A stretch of DNA of 48,581 nucleotides from Guillardia theta CCMP2712. Lineage: Eukaryota > Protista > Cryptophyta. The stretch is from NCBI RefSeq assembly GCF_000315625.1, contig NW_005434548.1:1-48581 (forward strand). The letters run 5' to 3'. A model generated the notes under the pieces. The model did not search any database, had not been told where the DNA came from, and was given only the letters and a program-made list of their open reading frames with translations. Of the stretch, positions 45,422 through 48,581 are shown piece by piece. The position numbers and the translations under genes are program-made. The first letter of the stretch is position 1; the number at the start of each line of letters is the position of its first letter.

Positions 45422-47397
45422 ATGGCGTTGATCAATAGACTACTTCCTGTAGGTCTTCGCCAGGTTGGAGGATCTCTGTCTATCCTGTATCCGGTTTCTC
45501 TCGTGTCTATCTCGCACACGAGACGGTGGGATGATGGTAGGAGGGCGTTCGCCATGGGAGCGCTACGTGAGAAGAAGTACCCTCTGTACGAGAAGATCCG
45601 ACAGAGTCCTGGCAATGAGAACACGGCAGAAAAAGTTCTGAAGGCGATCAAGGAAATCGACAGGCTGCTCGACATCATGGAGCCCGGGACTCTGGCGCTG
45701 TCATTCAATGGCGGGAAGGACGCTTGTGCAGTCATGCATCTGGTCCGGGAGGCGTGCTCACTTCATAGGACCCACAAGTTCACTCATGTGCAGCCCATCT
45801 GGTTCAAGAACCCAACAGACGAGTTCCCACAGCTGATCAGCTTCGTGCAGCAGCAGGCAGGCCAGTTCTTCACGCACCCCGGGCAGGTCCGCTCCATGGA
45901 CGGAAAGCCGCTCTCCCGCCTATGGACGCTGCACATTGCGAGCGAGAAAGATTTCATCTCTGGCATTTCAAAGATACAGAGGCAAGTCCCTCTGAGATGT
46001 ATCATCATGGGAACGCGGAGAACAGACCCGGGCTGCGCCAAGCTATCTGCACTGACTGCCTCGACTGGCAACTATCCTCCTTTCCTGCGGTTCAATCCCA
46101 TCCTGGAATGGTCGTACAGGGACGTCTGGGATTTCATCATCTCGTGCGAGCTACCTTACTGCAGCCTGTACGATGAAGGCTTCACCTCCCTGGGGACTGT
46201 GAATGATACGATTAGAAATCCAGCTCTCCGCATTCAGACGAAGGGAGGGGTAAAGGATACTCAGGGCGATCCGCGCTCCAAGGACCTCGTGCCGTTCCTG
46301 GCGCTCGCTCACAACGTCCCAGGTGAGGATGGGATGACAGTTGGTTGCCATCCTGTTTGTCCCTTGCTGCAGTCTCTCTCTTGACAAGTCTGTGCTGGGC
46401 AGGGATGCAATCGGCTAAACCTGAGGGAGTGAAGTACAAACAAGCCTGGTTCCTGATGGACGAGACGCTCGAGAGGGAGTCTCGTCTGAAGAACGCAAGG
46501 GCGACTCCCCACACTCGTGGTGAGAAAGCTGCGATCCTCGTGATAGGAAACGAGATCATGGGTGGAGTGACAAGGGACGAAAACGGCCATTTCTTGATTC
46601 AGGAGCTTCGCAAACTTGGCCTGGACACAGTGGAGGTTGTCATGATCCGCGATGACCAGAACAAGATTGCAGAGACTGTGAGGCGACTGAGCGACAGTCA
46701 CAAGTACGTCTTCGTGACAGGAGGCATCGGCCCAACCCATGATGATGTCACCCTCCCGGCCGTGGCCCAGGCCTTCGGCTGCGGGCTCCAGACGCGGACT
46801 GAGATCCTGGAGCTGTTGAACCAGCACCTGCCCAACGAAGAGATCAACGAGTACCACGTGAAGATGGCGTCCATCCCGCAAGGCTCCCAGCTCATCCGCA
46901 ACACTGAGGGCCCGGACAGGTGGCCCCTCATAGTCAAGAACAACGTCTACATCCTCCCCGGAGTCCCCCAGTACTGCAAGGCCAAGTTCGAGCTCGTGCG
47001 GGATGACCTGAAGCGAGATCCCTTCTTCGTGGCGAAGCTCTACATCAACGAGTCGGAGACGAGCATCGCTCAGGTCCTCCAGGACGCCGACCATGACCAC
47101 AAGCAGGTCGACGTCGGCTCCTACCCCATCATGGGCAACCAGGACTACCAGGTCGTGGTGACCCTGGAGAGCAAGGATCAGTACGCGTTGCAGAATGCGC
47201 TGGCGCAGGTGAAGGATGGGTTGGCCCCCCACACGATCTTCAAGGTGGAGACGTCTGCTCCCCAGTGGTTCCTCCACCCCGGGTCCCTCTGGTCTTCAGT
47301 GCTGACCAAGGCCTTCAAGAAGAAAAAGCAGAACCCGCAGGGCCCCAGTAAGGGCCCGCCATCAGATCCGCCGCTGCCGGAGGCGGGTTACAGATGA
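45422..47397 (+). CDS. FLAD1: Bifunctional FAD synthase: PAPS-reductase-like FMN adenylyltransferase plus molybdopterin-binding (CinA-like) domain
   Basis: LSFNGGKDAC, GTRRTDP, RFNPILEWSYRDVWDF, YCSLYDEGFTSLG and ERESR; intron at about 46323-46401; then AAILVIGNEIMGG..DEN, TGGIGPTHDDVT, ILPGVP, VGSYP. Confidence 0.92.
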
Positions 47398-47829
47398 GGA
47401 GCAAGGCGAGGAGTGTGTTACGAGATTGATCGAGCAAAGACACGCCTGTCGGCTCCTTGTTGCTTCATGGCGCGTGCTTGACGAGCTAAGGGCGGAGGGA
47501 GCGAGCAGAGAAGTGGGAGGAAGATCATGAGTAGTAGTAGGAGGAGGAGGAGGTGGAGGTGGAGGTGGAGGTGGAGGAGGAGGAGGGAAATCGATATGAT
47601 CAATTCTTCAAGATCTTTAAGACTGGAGCAGGCTGCTTGCCGATGTTTACCTTCCATCCTGTCTCCGGTGGGACCTGTCGGAAAGATAAGGGGAGCATGT
47701 ATTAACGCAGACAGAATGAAGTGAAGTGCAAGGATAACACGGTCTTGAGAGCTGTCTTCATGAAACACTCTCTATCATTCACATTGTGCGCATGATGTTC
47801 CTTCTTTCTTGTTTCAAATGAGTACCAAT

Positions 47830-48581
47830 GTCCCATCATGGCAAATCATTCGGAGAGAAAAAAACAGGAATGTTTGCACGGGTGATGAGAGGCGGACAAG
47901 CGATTGCTAGTGCTGCAGCTGACGAGATGTAGATGTAGATGTAGATGTAGATGTAGATGTAGATGTAGATGTAGATGTAGAGATGTCGACAAACTTGTTG
48001 TGTTTTCTTCTGATTTTGAGATGTGCACTCATCGTTGCGTGACAACACATGTTACTTTTCCCATCACCTCAGACCCAGCAGCAGAATCGTTGAAGTAGGC
48101 AGGGTAAAGCCACCAAACTGCTCCTCTCGTATTCACGTCCCTGCACAATGACAGCAATTCAGCCTTACTGCGATTTCATACATCTGCCTGCTGTTTCCAC
48201 TACCGCTCTCCTATCTCCTCTACCTCCCTCTACCTCCCTCTTCTCCTCCTCTTCCAGATGTCCACGTCTTGCTGTCCTCCGATAATCTCTCTATTCATCT
48301 CTTGCTTCCCTTTCTTAAGCTGCTGCTGCTCCTCTCACAATCAAGATCGACCTGAAGATGACCCGGCTGGTATCAGCATCCCCAAACCTGATATCCGAGC
48401 TGACGAGCTTTGACATGTCCTCTTTAGTCTCCTCCCACATCAAGCGGAGAAGGAGGAGGAGGAGGAGGAGGAGGTGGAGGAGGAGGAGGAGGAGGAGGAG
48501 GCAGGGGAAGGGGAAGGAAAATATCACCTCAAGCTCGCAAGCTCCGTTCCTCCTCCCCCTCTGCATGAAGACTCCATTCCA
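47830..48581 (-). CDS. Probable 3' exons of a gene entering from beyond the window, unidentified
   Basis: Exon-like segments bounded by AG/GT, e.g. LVSSDIRFGDADTSRVIF, EIIGGQQDVDIWK and NTRGAVWWLYPAYFNDS, separated by repeat-rich introns. Confidence 0.3.
47925..47980. repeat. (GATGTA)n microsatellite
   Basis: About 9 tandem units. Confidence 0.9.

Overview
Eukaryotic nuclear DNA, gene-dense, with many very short (~45-55 nt) GT-AG introns plus longer introns filled with microsatellites. The style resembles a cryptophyte alga such as Guillardia theta (inference only). Genes reconstructed by manual splicing, left to right: a partial coiled-coil protein (-), a small C2HC zinc-finger protein (+), a TTC27/Emw1-like TPR protein apparently lacking its central exons (-), Sin3 (+), an unknown signal-peptide protein (-), a SHAQKYF single-Myb gene plus a deleted tandem copy (+), a CHAT/caspase-like protease-ARM repeat fusion (-), a GT49 (LARGE/B4GAT1-like) glycosyltransferase with a long beta-rich N-terminus (-), a CABLES-type cyclin (+), SPF45/RBM17 (+), a MATE transporter (-), a bifunctional FAD synthase (+) and a fragment of a gene at the right edge. 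The strongest leads are: (1) an RRM-like domain spliced in frame into the middle of the CABLES cyclin box, in a protein that also triplicates the CABLES N-terminal FLxNISL motif; (2) a caspase-fold CHAT protease with an apparently intact His/Cys dyad fused to an ARM array, a candidate sensor-protease of immunity or cell death; (3) a recurring ordered upstream architecture (CCGG-rich block, TACCCC block, C/T-rich leader). No RNA genes, CRISPR arrays or transposases were recognised. All exon boundaries and family calls are by eye and unverified by transcript or database evidence.
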